From positions 13,218,464 through 13,282,463 of the forward strand of contig NC_043011.1 of NCBI RefSeq assembly GCF_006345805.1: DNA of 64,000 bases. The letters are read 5' to 3'. Shown here one piece after another: positions 1 to 13,426 of this stretch. The DNA is from Octopus sinensis. Its lineage: Eukaryota. Below the pieces are notes generated by a model. It was not told the origin of the DNA. It did no database searches and saw nothing but the letters and a program-made list of their open reading frames with translations. A program made the position numbers and the translations under genes. Positions within the stretch are counted from its first letter, which is position 1. The number at the start of each line of letters is the position of its first letter.

Positions 1-770
1 ATTCTTAAAATCCAAGAGTTATTGAAGAAGTTCATGGGAGGACTTTTCAAGGGCCTTTGACTCAATCTACAAAGGGAAAATAGAATACTTCTTGCATGTA
101 GTATCCCAAAAGGAAATTATCGATGCCATCACAATGTTGTACAGAAATACTCAATCTATGGTTCATTCTACAGATGGTGACAGAGTTCTCTGATATAGTG
201 GCTGGTATTCTCCAGGGTAACACCTTGACACTCTACCTGTTCATTATATGTCTAGATTATGTCTTATGCACCTCTGTAGATGAGATGAAGGACAAAGGAT
301 TCACTTGTTAACCAGCCAAAAGCAGATGTTTTCCAACTGTGATCCATCACAGATGCTGACTATGCCTATAAGCTGGCGCTACTAGCAGATGAAGCATTGA
401 AAGTGCTGCTACGTCAACTTGGATAAGACAGAATACATGATGTACAACCAGAGTGGCAACATTAACTCTGCGTATGGAAAATCCTTGAAAAATGTTGACA
501 AATTCATATACCTTGGAAGTAAAATTGCAAAGGATATGGTAATTTATCACTAATATCGCATATCATCGGAGAAGGAAGAACAACATTCACCAGACATTGC
601 TGGAGAGCAATCAGTAACGTTCTTCTTGGGGAACTAAAGTAGGGATTACATCAGGCCAACATAAAGCTGCTGTGTAAGGACCTGGAGAAGAGCTACGATG
701 CATTAAGGCAGACTGAATGGACCGATGAGAACAAGTCACAGTTATCCATGCAATAAGTATACCAGGATGA
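1..770 (+). mobile_element. Decayed RTE-type LINE reverse transcriptase fragment
   Basis: GILQGNTL..YLFIICLDYVL and DADYA..LALLAD (RT QG and YADD-like motifs), followed by VDKF.YLGS; multiple frameshifts. Confidence 0.65.
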
Positions 771-1605
771 TGATTTAACAGTAAAAGCACCTGCGAAATA
801 AATTCTTTCAAATGCTTGGAAGGCTCTTCAAAGCAATTGATAGCTTCTCTTACCTAATTAGACCAAATTAACAATGGCGGGGACTACGAAGGTGTAATAG
901 CCAGAGTGAGATCAGGACAGGAAAAGTTCAGGGTGTTGTTACTTCTGCTGGCAACAAAGCAACTCTCTCTTCAAGTGTAAGGTAAATTGTAAGAGGCTTG
1001 TGTATAGATCCATTCACTAGAAAACTCATCTAACCCATACAAGTATGGAAAAACATAAAATTGATGATGATAACAATGAACATATATAAAATATATGATA
1101 CATAAGTGGGATATGAAGCCTACAAGTAACTGTTGCCAGGCCTTTTCTCAACTGTTATATACTACACTCCTATAGGACAAATAATAGAAATAGGTCAATG
1201 TTCAGATAAAAACTGTACACTTACACAGAATATTAACAATTAAAGTTGACATACTAGATATGTAGCTTTCAACTGTGTCAAATATCTTACATTTAAAATT
1301 CATTGAACTGGAAATGCAATTTTTAGTTTTTAAATCTTTCTCTTTAAAATATGCACACATATAAAATTGCATAACGATTTCAAAATAGAAGTTAAATATT
1401 ACCTGTAAGATTCATGGTTTAAATTTTTAAAAAGGAGGAGTGGACATGAAAATAATGACAATGATTACTATTATAATTGTAAAAATTAAAATTGTAAAAA
1501 TGAAAAGAAAGGCAATGTGCATATTTTTACCCCTAAAAGAGAGAACAAAATTTGAAAATTTATATCATTGGGTAATGTAAGTTTTTAAATATAATTTATA
1601 TTTAC

Positions 1606-1666
1606 CATGGCACCTCTGTAATATGCAGTCGTGATGGTCCTAAATCGCTCTTGACCAGCTGTATCC
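1606..1666 (-). CDS. RAB8: Rab8 coding exon 3 (61 bp); downstream exons lie outside the window
   Basis: Acceptor TATTTTAACAG|, encodes (W)[20 protein letters not shown] (G3 motif WDTAGQE), donor |GTAAAT. Intron 2 = 1667-7908. Confidence 0.96.
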
Positions 1667-2322
1667 CTGTTAAAATAATATATATACATAAATATATATA
1701 CACATCATAATCACAATTCTAATTTTCTAAAAATCAGGTAAACACATGACAATGATAAATATTATTATTATTATTATTATTTAGGCAGTGAACAGGCAGA
1801 ATCATTAGCATGCTAGAGAAAATGCTAAGCAGTATTTTGTTTGTCTTTACTTTCTGAGTTGAAATTCCACCAAGGTGAACGTTGCCTTGAAGGGTTTAAT
1901 TGAACAAATCAAACACCATACTTATTTTTTAAGCCTGGTACTTATGCTATCAGTCCCTTTAACCAAAGTTACAAGAATGCAAACAAACCAATACCAATTT
2001 GTCAAACAGTGATGGCGGGGGGGGGGCAAACATACACAGACAAATACATACATACATATCACAGACTTATTTCAATTACCATCTACCAAATCCACTCACA
2101 AGGTTTTGGTCAGCCCAAAAGACACTTGCCCAAGGTTCTACAGAATATGACTGAACCTGGAATCACATGGTTGGGAAGCAAACTTCTTACCACACAGCCA
2201 CATCCGTACCTTCTGTCTTTACGGATTCTGAGTTCAAATACTACCAAGGTTAACTTTACTGTTCATCCTTCCAAGGTCAATAAAATAAGTACCAGTCAAG
2301 CACTAAGTGTTTTCACCTCAAT

Positions 2323-2400
2323 TACCAGTATACAAAGTTTAAAAGTGTTTAGTTACGTGGAAATTATTTTAAAAAACTGCCGTTCAAACCGAAAAGATCC
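2323..2400 (-). mobile_element. Partial copy (one end) of the GGATC MITE
   Basis: Ends AAAAACTGCCGTTCAAACCGAAAAGATCC. Confidence 0.85.
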
Positions 2401-2989
2401 GGAATTCTTAAATGAGAGAAGACTACAATCAACTTACTTTTAACTATGTCAGTTGTACAATGTGGACAAACAAATGTTTTGATCCATGTTAATATGAATC
2501 CACAATGATTAAGCTATAGCCAATATTATAATAATAATAAACCCAATCCATGTAAGCAGATTCGAAGGGCCCACAAACAGGCCATGAATCATTAGCTTTT
2601 GTAAGATACTGCTAGAACTTTTGACCATCAAATTTTTTATGCATCCTCAGTAAGATGCATATTGAATGTGAAATTGGAACTTCAGTAAGATGAGTAGTAA
2701 GTATTTTAAATGCCTTTTTTTTTTTCTTCCTATCCCACTTGAATTTCAGAATTAGCTGAGGTAAGTGGTTCAATTTTCTGCAGAATAATTTTCGATAATA
2801 ATTTATTCAATGTCCTTTGATTTCAGTATCAGTATATTTTTTTTAGTTTCACTAATTAGTCATGTAATGAAAAAAAATTCCCTTTTCAAACATATTCATT
2901 CCAAGTAAAGTCAAGCATATTCTGGAGAATGACTTTTCATTAGAGAATTGCAACATAGTTAATTTGGCAACTACTGCATGCATTCTCTC

Positions 2990-3760
2990 AGCACACAAAA
3001 TGATAAGGATATTATTGCAATATACTCTGATTCCCTAAATCTCTTTCCATACAATTCTGAAATACACCACTTGAATTCTTAAGGCCCATATGAAGTCTAT
3101 TCACTAAGGCCATTGACTGAATTAATAAGCACAATTACACTGTACATTTTCAGCTAAAGCTATTTATAACTATGCATGCTTTAAATCAAATGTTGAGAAA
3201 AATTTTCCATCTGTTATGCCACAAAAGACTGTATCACATGTTGGCATGAGAAACGAATGTGTTAATACATGCATTCGAAATGTGCCTCATAATCAGCACA
3301 CACATAAAATAAACTCATATCATTTTCTTATCCAAACAAGTGAGGCTCCTCATCTGATTCTAGAGTAATCCGATAGCATAATAATATCCAATATTTCCAA
3401 TCTCAACAATTCATTTTCTTTATTTCACTTTGTAAATGAAATAGAACTAATTATATTGTAATTCACATCATAAAAATTAATATGAGCTACAAAACCTCTA
3501 ACTTCTAGTAAGATAGTAAAATGAGTTGTCCTGAATAATATCTTTTCCAATCATTCCAAAAGTGAAAGGGTTGTCCACAACAATAAAGATACAAAATTCT
3601 TCTGCATCACTGAATTTAAACTTTATCCGAATTAACTCACCCATCCTTAGACCAGTGCTGTCGGAAGTGATTAAGTGTTTGTGACATGATCTGATGAGGC
3701 AGTTGAATGAGAAGCAAAGAATTACTGAACATAATGCCTCATTGTCTACTTTCATGCCAA
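2990..3760 (-). mobile_element. Highly decayed Ty3/Gypsy pol fragment (protease to RT)
   Basis: Minus-strand remnants VCADY, GKFFSTFDLKHA, RLHMGLKNSSGVFQNCME resemble Gypsy RT motifs; many stops. Confidence 0.45.
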
Positions 3761-4062
3761 TATCTCAAATATATACAAGGCAGAGGAAAAATTCAGAGTT
3801 ATCTACCCATGCTTCACTATTTACATTTAGCATTTGTTCTTGACACTAAAACTAGTCTAGTGTGGAGACTATTTTAACACTGTTTATATTATAACCAAAT
3901 CTGAATCAACCAAACTTTGCAAACTGTCCTTATTTTTCTCATTTGTGGCACCTTATTCCATATGCTATTCACACTTCTCATAAGCCCCCCCCCCACACAC
4001 ACACACACCTAATTTCCACATTTCACTATTTTAACATTACTCTAAGTGCAGATGGTTTTATT

Positions 4063-5345
4063 CATCATCATCATTTAAAGTCCATTTTCCATGCTGACGT
4101 GGGCTGGACGGTTTGACTGCACCAGGTTCCAATCTGAACTAATGCCAACTACTCTGAGAGTGTAGTGGGTGCTTTTTACGTGCCACCAGTACAGGAGCCA
4201 GTCAGACAGGCCTGGCATCGATCATGTTTGGATAGTGCTTTTCACATACCACCGACATGGGGACTAGTCAGGGAGTACTGGCATCGGCCACATTCAGTTG
4301 GTGCTTTTTACGTGCCACCAGCACAGGAGTCAGTCAGCGGGAACTGGCCATGGCTACAATATTGGTTTTACTTGACTCAACAGATCTTCTCAAATACATC
4401 ATATTGCCCGACGCATCAGGGGTATTCTTAACAGGGCCAGACATGCATGGCTGCGATCTCACTTTAGTTACCAGGTTTTCTCAATCACAGCAATCTCCAA
4501 AGGTTTTGATCTGTCATTGCCTCTGTGAAGCAATGCTTCACCACCTCATCCCTTGTCTTCCTGGGTCTACCTCTTCCACGGGTTCCTTCCACTGTTAGGG
4601 AGTGGCACTTCCTCACACAGCTGTCCTCATCCATATGTAACATATGACCATATCAGAGCAGTTGCCTCTCTTGCACACCACATTTGATGCTTCTTATGTC
4701 CAACTTTTCTCTCAGGGTGCTTACACTGTGTCGTGTATGCACACTGACATTACACATCCAGTGGATCATACTAGCTTCATTTCTTTCAAGCCTATGCATG
4801 TCCTCAGCTTTCATGGCCCATGTTTCACTGCCATGTAGCATGGCAGTTCGTACACATGCATCATACAAACTACCTTTCATCCTGAGCAGGAGGCCCTTAG
4901 TTGCCAGCAGAGGTAGGAGCACCCTGAACTTTGCCCAGGTTATTCTTACTCTAGTCACTACACTCTCAGAGCAGCCACCCCGTCTACAGACTTGGTCACC
5001 TAGGTAGCAGAAGCTATTAACTACTTCTAGTTTTTTCCCCTTGCATGTGATGGAATCTGTTTTCTGTACATCTTCAGTGTTTATTGCCACAATGCATCTG
5101 CCACACACAAAACTATTTTCCCGGTTAGCCTTCCTTTGATATTATGTGTCCATAGATTACACCAGGTGCATCGTATGGAGTTTCAATCCACACCTTTTCT
5201 ACAGATTGAGTAGGGCCATCTGCTTGAAGGGGATTGACAGCCTTCCTACTTACTTCCTACTTACTAAGACTTTGGTTTTTGCTAGGTTAACCCTAAAGCC
5301 CTTCGATTCTAGACTATTAATGTTGACTTTTGTTAATACTGATGT
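4063..5345 (-). mobile_element. 5'-truncated RTE LINE (RT C-terminus, 3' UTR, (ATG)n tail)
   Basis: LEVVNSFCYLGD, LYDACVRTAMLHGSETW, GHMLHMDEDS and GRGRPRKT motifs; continues into the 3' UTR family found throughout the window. Confidence 0.85.
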
Positions 5346-5356
5346 TAGGTCTTAAT

Positions 5357-5790
5357 TCATCATCACCATCATCATCGTTTAACGCTCGTTTTCCGTGCTA
5401 GCACGGGTTGGATGGTTTGACTGGGGTCTGGGAAGCCAGGAGGCTGCACCAGGCTCCAGTCTGATTTGGCAGTGTTTCTACAGCTGGATGCCCTTCCTAA
5501 CGCCAACCACTCCGTGAGTGTAGTGGGTGCTTTTTACGTGCCACCAGCACAGGTGCCAGGGGAGGCTGGCAGCGACCACGATCAGTTGGTGCTTTTTACG
5601 TGCCCCGGCGCAGAAGCCAGTCAAGGCGGCGCTGGTATCAGCCACATTCGGATGGTGCTTTTTACATGCCACCGGCACAGAAGCCAGTCAAGGCGGTGCT
5701 GGCATCGGCCACGTTCGGATGGTGCTTTTTACGTGCCACCGGCACAGGTATCACAACTACTATTTCCATTTGATATTTAGTTTGATGTTA
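5357..5790 (-). mobile_element. RTE LINE 3'-end copy. Same family at ~8652-9310, 18412-18490, 45247-45520, 47890-48126(+), 49944-50240, 50290-50540(+), 52569-52845, 53570-53938(+), 55878-56545, 59011-59300, 61917-62280
   Basis: Shared block CATCATCATCGTTTAACG..CCATGCTAGCATGGG..CTGGATGCCCTTCCTAACGCCAACCACTCC followed by variable GGTGCTTTTTACGTGCCA repeats; contiguous with RTE coding sequence at 4063-5345 and 56400-56545. Confidence 0.85.
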
Positions 5791-6444
5791 TTACTTGTAA
5801 ATAATGCTTCTGACTGTATAGTAGAGGCAAGAGTAGTTACTTCAGTGTATTTCATTTCAAGATGACACTGCTTATAAGTCAGCGTTCGGTGGTTTCTTCC
5901 TATTTCATCCTATTCAAATGACAGGAGGCCTGAGGGTTAATTCTATGAGGGGCATCACTAATTCATTTTCAAGTTATTTTAACTCCAATTAACAGCCTTT
6001 TCTTGGAGTTGATTAGTTACAGTACTGCATCCATTTGTTGGTAAGTAGTAAATATAGCATCTCAAAGTTTAAAAGAACATCCAAATAAGAGAAAGAACAT
6101 CTTCAAGCTCTATTATAGCCTCAACTCTGCATGTTGAAAAAGAAATGTAGGCCTTCATTTTTGATCTTTACATTATCACCCAGCAGTCTTGATTCAAACT
6201 GTATAAGCCAAGCATTGGCTTCTTCCAAATTAGTAAGTTTCAAATGTTTCTCAGTGTTCACCCTTATCACCAACTGTAATGTCGGATACTCACTGATAAC
6301 TAATAAATTTTATTAATAATACAAAAGAGAGTACACTTTCTATATCTTTCTGACAGCCCTCTGCTTTTCTTAATGCAATGTTGTATTACTAGACTGAAGA
6401 CCCTTATTCTGGAGCCAACAAATCTAATGGGTGTAACATTATTC

Positions 6445-6845
6445 GGATCTTTTCGGTTTGAACGGCAGTTTTTAACATAATTTCTAGGTAACTAAAAAAT
6501 TTTTTAACTTCGTAGAATGTGTTTATAAAACATCTTTTTCTCTTGGCTTTATTGAGAAAATTCTATAGTTTGTAAGATATTTGTTGTTTTTTTTCTTCAA
6601 TTTCTGCAATTTCAACCAATCAATGACGTCTATTGAGGTAAAAAAAAACATTCTGTGCCGTATGAATATGTCCCTCGTTTAAGAAACAGATTGGGTTTAT
6701 TTACATTTGTGAAGAAAAAAAGATACCCTTCCCCCTAACCCTAACACAGATTAAAATGCAATAGATCGATACTAGGGTCATAATTATGGGTGACAATTTC
6801 ATATGACACCGCTAGAAAAAACTGCCGTTCAAACTGAAAAGATCC
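6445..6845 (+). mobile_element. GGATC MITE (29-bp TIR)
   Basis: TIR GGATCTTTTCGGTTTGAACGGCAGTTTTT at both ends; no clear TSD. Confidence 0.92.
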
Positions 6846-7162
6846 GAAAACTGTAACTTAATACAACTACTATTACAATAACTATTAGTGATTGATAAAA
6901 TGCAATTAATATGCAGAATCTATATACTAAGAATACTAAAACTGCAGCAATGTAATTCATTGCCCCAACCAGTGCTTACTCTTCAAGGAGTAACATATTT
7001 TAAAACAAAGATATTTATAATTCTTAATGTTACGAAATATTCATATTAATCATGCAAAATAAGCCGACAACTTTCAGATTCATATTCAACTTTATTTTGG
7101 TTTACAAAAATAAAAATCATTGTTTATTTCCCCACACAAATATTGTGATAATAATTTACATT

Positions 7163-7414
7163 GGTTGTATACTGTCAATCTAACACGAACGTGACAGTAC
7201 ACCACCGCTGTTTAGCCCTAGGAAGCATCAACGCCTCCTGATGGCTTTGACACATATTTCCTGTGTCCTTATATACATTTACGAAGGGGAGACAATGTAA
7301 ATGTATATAAGGACACAGGAAATATGTCAAAGCCATCAGGAGGCGTCGATGCTTCCTAGGGCTAAACAGCGGTGGTGTACTGTCACGTTCGTGTTAGATT
7401 GACAGTATACAACC
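7163..7414. repeat. 252-bp foldback element (MITE-like)
   Basis: Arms 7163-7282 and 7297-7414 differ by 1 mismatch and a 2-bp indel; 14-nt loop; GG...CC ends; ATT on both flanks. Confidence 0.9.
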
Positions 7415-7908
7415 ATTCTATCGCCCCACCACCGTACATGTCTCTACGAGAGATTTAGAAATTTAGCATTTCTGATAATTTACATTATATATCACATATA
7501 AGTCAGACTAATTTTTACATCAATGACATTAGCAAAGTTTAGAAAATACAAAGACCTTAACTACCATTTTAAGATACTTTTGTCACAAAATTATTCAAAC
7601 CTACGAAGTAAAAATATATATATATATATCCACACACACACTATTGATAAGTATTTAGTGAGCTGGCTCTTATAACTTGGTTTCAAATCCAAGTTGGTGT
7701 TTTGTTTATAACCCCATTTTGCTTCTTTTATTTATGCCTGTCTCCAAGGAACACTAAATATGTTTCTATAAAGATTAAAGCTACTTCATTTATAAAATAC
7801 TTACATTAAACCTTTTTCTAAAATGTATTCTACGTACCTTTCTAGGATGGGTAACCCAGCAGTAAAGCAAAAACAAAAAACAAAAAAAAATAATAATTTG
7901 AAACTTAC

Positions 7909-7969
7909 CAGATTTGTAGCTTGATTTTCTTTCCATCTAGTTCTATTGTTCGAATCTTGAAATCTATAC
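7909..7969 (-). CDS. RAB8: Rab8 coding exon 2 (61 bp)
   Basis: Acceptor TTTAAAATCAG|, encodes (G)IDFKIRTIELDGKKIKLQI(W), donor |GTAAGT; phase fits exons 1 and 3. Intron 1 = 7970-22415 (14,446 bp). Confidence 0.96.
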
Positions 7970-8202
7970 CTGATTTTAAAAATTAGTAAAATATATATTA
8001 ATTGGGTTCTATTAACTTTGTAAGTAGAGAACTCAGATACATAAATGACATATCTTTTATGAATTATCTTTACAAATGTGATGATTTTCTTAAGGAAAAT
8101 CATTGTTTAGGATAAAATTTCTCAAGTTTACATTCTCATTCTCTGAGAGTTAGATAGAAAGTAGGTTTGAAAAGTCACTCTTTCAATGTTTTTGTGTATC
8201 AT

Positions 8203-8597
8203 AGGCATAGGAGTGGCTGTGTGGTAAGTAGCTTGCTTACAAACCACATGGTTCCGGGTTCACTCCCATTGCGTGGCACCTTGGGCAAGTGTCTTCTACT
8301 ATAGCCCCGGGCCGACCAATGCCTTGTGAGTGGATTTGGTAGACGGAAACTGAAAGAAGCCTGTTGAATATATGTATGTATATATATATATATGTTTGTA
8401 TGTCTGTGTTTGTCCCCCCAACATCGCTTGACAACCGATGCTGGTGTGTTTATGTCCCTGTAACTTAGCTGTTTGGCAAAAGAGACCGATAAAATAAGTA
8501 CTAGGCTTACAAGAATAAGTCCTGGGGTCGATTTGCTCGACTAAAGGCGGTGCTCCAGCATGGCCGCAGTCAAATGACTAAAACAAGTAAAAGAGTA
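8203..8597 (+). mobile_element. tRNA-derived CORE-like SINE (family A) with an internal microsatellite
   Basis: Head AGGAGTGGCTGTGTGGTAAG..GGTTCCGGGTTCA (A/B-box-like), CORE-like CCTTGGGCAAGTGTCTT, central (TA)/(TG) tract, tail GGTGCTCCAGCATGGCCGCAGTCAAATGACT. Confidence 0.85.
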
Positions 8598-10317
8598 TAT
8601 ACAATGTGAAATAATTCCTACATCAACGAAGACAACATGGGGAAAATCTTGATCATCATCATCATCATTGGCTTTCCGTGGGTTGGACAGTTTTACCAGG
8701 GCTGGCAAGCTGGAAGGCTGTACCAGGTTCCAGTCTGATTTGGCATGGTTTCTACGACTGGATGCCCTTCCTAACGCCAACTACTCCGAGAGTGTAATGG
8801 GTGCTTTTATGTGGCACCAACATGGGTGCCATTTGCATGACACCGGTATCTGCCACAACTGCAATTTTACTTGGCTTGATAGGTCTTCTCAAGCATGACA
8901 TAATGCCAAAGGTCATTGCCTCTGTGAGGCCCAACACTCAGAAGAGATTTTCATGTGCCACCAGCATCAGCCACTTTGCCTCCATGAAGCCCAACACTCA
9001 AAAGGTGCCCTTTACATACTGGTGGCATGGGTGCCAGTTATGTGGCACCAGCATCAACCACAACTATGATTACACTTGGCCTGAAGGGTCTTCTCAAGCA
9101 CAGCATATCGCCAAAGGTCTCGGTCACTAGTCATTGCCTCTGTGAGGCTCAAAGTTCAAAGACCATGTTTCACCACCTCATCCAATGTCTTCCTGGGTCT
9201 ACCGCTACCACAGGTTCCCTTCACAGTCAGAGATTGGCACATCTTTACACAGCTGTCCTCGTCCATATGCATCACATGTCTCTTTGCACACCACATCTGG
9301 TGTTTCTTATGCCCAGAATCAAAATTCAAGCCCTATAGTACAATATATATATTTAAAATAAAATTCACTAGAATTACCTTTTCATTATAGTTGCTTTGGT
9401 ATAATTTTGTTTTACATTCATTTTCCTTGCCAGAAACTTGGATTGTGTATGATTTAGAGGCAACTGTCACAAACCCAAAGCAACCTATTTTCAGGTAAGC
9501 AAAGTAAAGCACTTTGCCAAAAGAACGACGATGTTGGTTTTACATAGTCTGAAACCACAACTTTACACTTAGTATTAATAGCCTTGACTATTATTAAACT
9601 TTAAAAAATATCAACTACCTTTGACCACATGTAAGGCAATTTCTTTTGCAGCAGAGTGGATATAGTAGATTGTATCAACTTGATAAATCTGTCTCCTATT
9701 CCTTAAGAAATGGTAAACTAAGCCAGCTTTAATAGGTCTTGAACACAGATAGACAAAACTAAGTACTGTGAATCACTTAGACATTTTTGTCAACCCACTA
9801 GCCAATTAGAACACATTTTAATTTCAAAACAGGTAATATTTTAAAGTATAATGACTTTTATTTTACTAATTAAATCTTTAGTAAACAAAGAGTCAATGAC
9901 GACATTAACATTTTAGTCCACCATACAATTACATTTCTAATTAACACTGGGTAAAAAGTGATAATTTCCCATCTCATTTAGAAAGTATTCATAAATTAAT
10001 TTCACATATGTAGTAGATTGCACTCCATTTACTGTTCTCAATAATTCCAGATCCTTCTCGTATTTCAATGTTCCACAGAATCCAAATTCTTATAAGTAAA
10101 TAAATTAGCTAATCATGACCAACTCTACTTGGATAGATCTATAGCACAGGCTCAGCCAACTAAAGACTAACAGGCAACCTTCAGGTTCACTTCTCTAGAT
10201 TTTGCTTGGATTAAACAGTTTTTCTTGTCCTACTTTCCGCAACTTAACATACATACATATACATACATACACATACATACACATATATACACACACACAC
10301 ACATATATATATATACA

Positions 10318-13258
10318 TACATAGATATATACATACATGATGATGGCTGCCCCTTTATTATCGAGTATGGCCATTGCACGAAGCCTAACTATTATTGGTG
10401 CTGTGATCGAATGTGACTTTTTAACCCAGCTAAAGATCTACAATGTCTTGTACAGAATTGGCAGCTAAAACCTTTACCAGAAGTAGCTGGCTGTAGTTGT
10501 AACTGGGCTTCATGTACCTTTGCATGTCGTTTAAGTCCTCCTGATGAATTATACTCTCTTCCACATGCCTGACAGATATGATTAGTATGATGTGTAATAC
10601 CACCACCAGTGGCCAGGTTGCCACTAATCTGTCTCGCCTTATGACTACGAAGATGACTCTTGAGTCCAGCTTTACTAAGGCAGGGTCTTGCACAGACACT
10701 GCATGTCAGCATCATAGGAAGACCCTTCTCATCTGGAAGCGTAACAGTGATGCCCTTCCTGACATCCCTCCTTACTTTCTCATGCGCAGCTCGAAATTTC
10801 TCAAAAGTAGCCGTCCCCTCAAGCACAATCCTTCTCCACCTGCTACGATCAATAGCTATGCCCTCCCATGTGTCAGGAGAGATGCAAGCATCTCTTAAGG
10901 AAGCCTTCAGCAAATCCTTATACCTCTTTTTTGGTTTATGTGGAGGTCGTTCTCCTTTAGCTAACTCTCCATAAAAGAGTTGTTTTGGCATCCTGACCAG
11001 ATGACCATTCCATCTGAGCCTTTGCTTTAACACAAGAGCTTCTATACATTTGCACCGAGAGCCTTCCAATATTTCAAGATCACCGATGCGGTCCTCCCAC
11101 TTAATGCCGTAGATCCATCTGAGACACATCTGATGGAAACGTTCTAGCTGTTTAAGGTGGTAGCGATATGTGACCCACGTCTCGCAGTTATAGAGAAGAG
11201 AAGGGAGCACACATGCCTTGTACACCTTTATCTTTGTCTTTCTGCATATGTCTTGCCGACTCCAGAGGCACCTTTCTAGCCTTCCAAAAGCATCACTTGC
11301 TTTCCTAATTCTGTATGGAATTTCATCATCCAAATTGCTATATCTGTTAACAGTGCTTCCCAGGTAGACAAACTGATCAACTACATCAAGTCGTTTACCA
11401 TACACATAGATATTTGGTACACTATACTGCTTACCAGGGGCAGGTTGGTACATGACAACAGTTTTCTTGAGACTGACTGTCAATCCTAAGGCAGTGCAAG
11501 CATCAGAGAATGCATTCAAAATGTGTTGCATATCAGTCTGTGTGTGCTACTAGATCACAATCATCTGCATACAAAAGGTCTCTTATGATAGAGGTAAATA
11601 CCTTTGTTTTTGCAGCAAAGCACCTGATATTAAATATGCTGCCAGAGGTTCGACAATGGATGTAGTTTCTGAATGCAATACAGAAAACCATCACAAAATA
11701 TATGGCAAATAGGGTCGGTGCAGTTTCTGAATGCAATACAGAAAACCATCACAAAATATATGGCAAATAGGGTCGGTGCCAGAATATACCCCTGTTTCAC
11801 TCCGTTTTGTATTGACATTTTCCCTCTAACATTAACCCTACCCTTCATGTCTTCATGAAAAGACCTAACCAAAGCAAGGAACTTTTCAGGACACCCAAGT
11901 TTCTGGAGGACTTTCCACAATGCTTCTCTATTAACGGTATCAAAGGCTTTTGTCAGATCGACAAAAACCTGATACAAATCCAGACCCTGTTCCATACACT
12001 TCTTCTGAAGCTTCCTAGCTGAAAAGATCATATCAGCAGTGCCACATCCCACATGAAAGCCAGATTGACTTTCTGGAAGAACACAATCTGCAACACGTTT
12101 CAGCAGAGGATCCAGAAGTACCCTGCATAAAACCTTTCCTACGACAGAAAGCAATGATATTCCCCTATAATTACCACAATCATTCCTGTTGCCCTTTCCC
12201 TTATACAAGACCACCATTGCTGTATCTCTCCAGTCCTCTGGTACAGATTCACTAGCCCATATCTTACCAAACAAAGAGTGAAGTTGCTGCAGAAGTTTCT
12301 CACCACCATGCTGTAACAACTCTGCATGTATGCCATCCATACCCGGAGATTTCCCATTATTCATCCTTGAGACAGCCATTGCAACTTCCTCCAACTTTGG
12401 TGGTTGTGCGAGTGCTGCCTTCACGGGTAATCCAGGGATGAGATTGAGAACATCCTCACTAACTACAGACTGCTGATTCAAAAATTCATCAAAGTGTTCT
12501 TGCCACCTTTACAGAATTCCCTGTGAATCACGAAGTTCTTTACCATCCCTGCTTTAAAGTGGTGTCATCAGAGAAGACATCAGTCCATAAACTTCTCACA
12601 AGAGACCATACAACAGCTTTGTGTTATTGGAATCTGATGCAGCCTATATCACATCAGCCTTCTTACTCCACCACATATCCTTCATCTGAGCCTTTGCCTC
12701 ACACGTGATTTTACATCCTTGAGTTCCCTATGCAACACTTCCCTTTCCTGTGGCTTGGCTGACAAATAGTGTGACAAAGTACATCTTTTATCAGCCAATA
12801 AATCATCTATATGTTCATCATTTTCTTTAAACCAATCTTGATGCTTTCTTTGTATCAATCCCAGAACTTTCTTACCTATATCATAAATTGATTTTTTAAG
12901 GGTCGGCCAATCCTCCCCAATATCTGCAGCATTCATTTCCTCTTGTAAAGTTCTCTTCACACTATTACACCTAAGACGATCAACATTCAGTCTTTTAGGC
13001 AGGGTAATCCCTGCAGCCCGGATTCTATGTTTTGTGACTAATTTCACTTTGCACATACTAGGCGGTGGTCAGTCCAACACTCAGCTCCACGAAGAACACG
13101 AACACACTGCACATCTTGTCTGTAATGCACCCTAACAAAGATGTAATCCAGAATATCCCATTCTTTAGATGCAATGTGCATCCATGTGGTCTTAAACTTA
13201 TTCTTTTGTTGAAACATGGTATTGGTAACACACAGACGCAACTCTTCACACATCTGCA
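10318..13258 (-). mobile_element. 5'-truncated RTE LINE (end of endonuclease, RT, C-terminal triple C2H2), pseudogenised
   Basis: WDILDYIFVR/CWTDHRLV (endonuclease), NYRGISLLSVVGK, FVDLTKAFDTVNR, GVKQG, DLLYADD, VDQFVYLGS, LRWNGHLVRM; frameshifts including a 58-bp tandem duplication at 11664-11779; (CAT)n 3' tail; (ATAC)/(AT) microsatellite on both sides. Confidence 0.92.
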
Positions 13259-13426
13259 GCATACATACATATACATACATACATACAAATACATATATAT
13301 ACATACATATACATACATACATATACACATACATACACATACACATACATATACATACATACACATACATATATATACATATACATACATATATATACAT
13401 ATACATACATATACATACATATACCT

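Noticed and set aside
8203-8290. tRNA genes at SINE heads
   Set aside because: A/B-box-like motifs are present but no complete cloverleaf; each continues into SINE body sequence.
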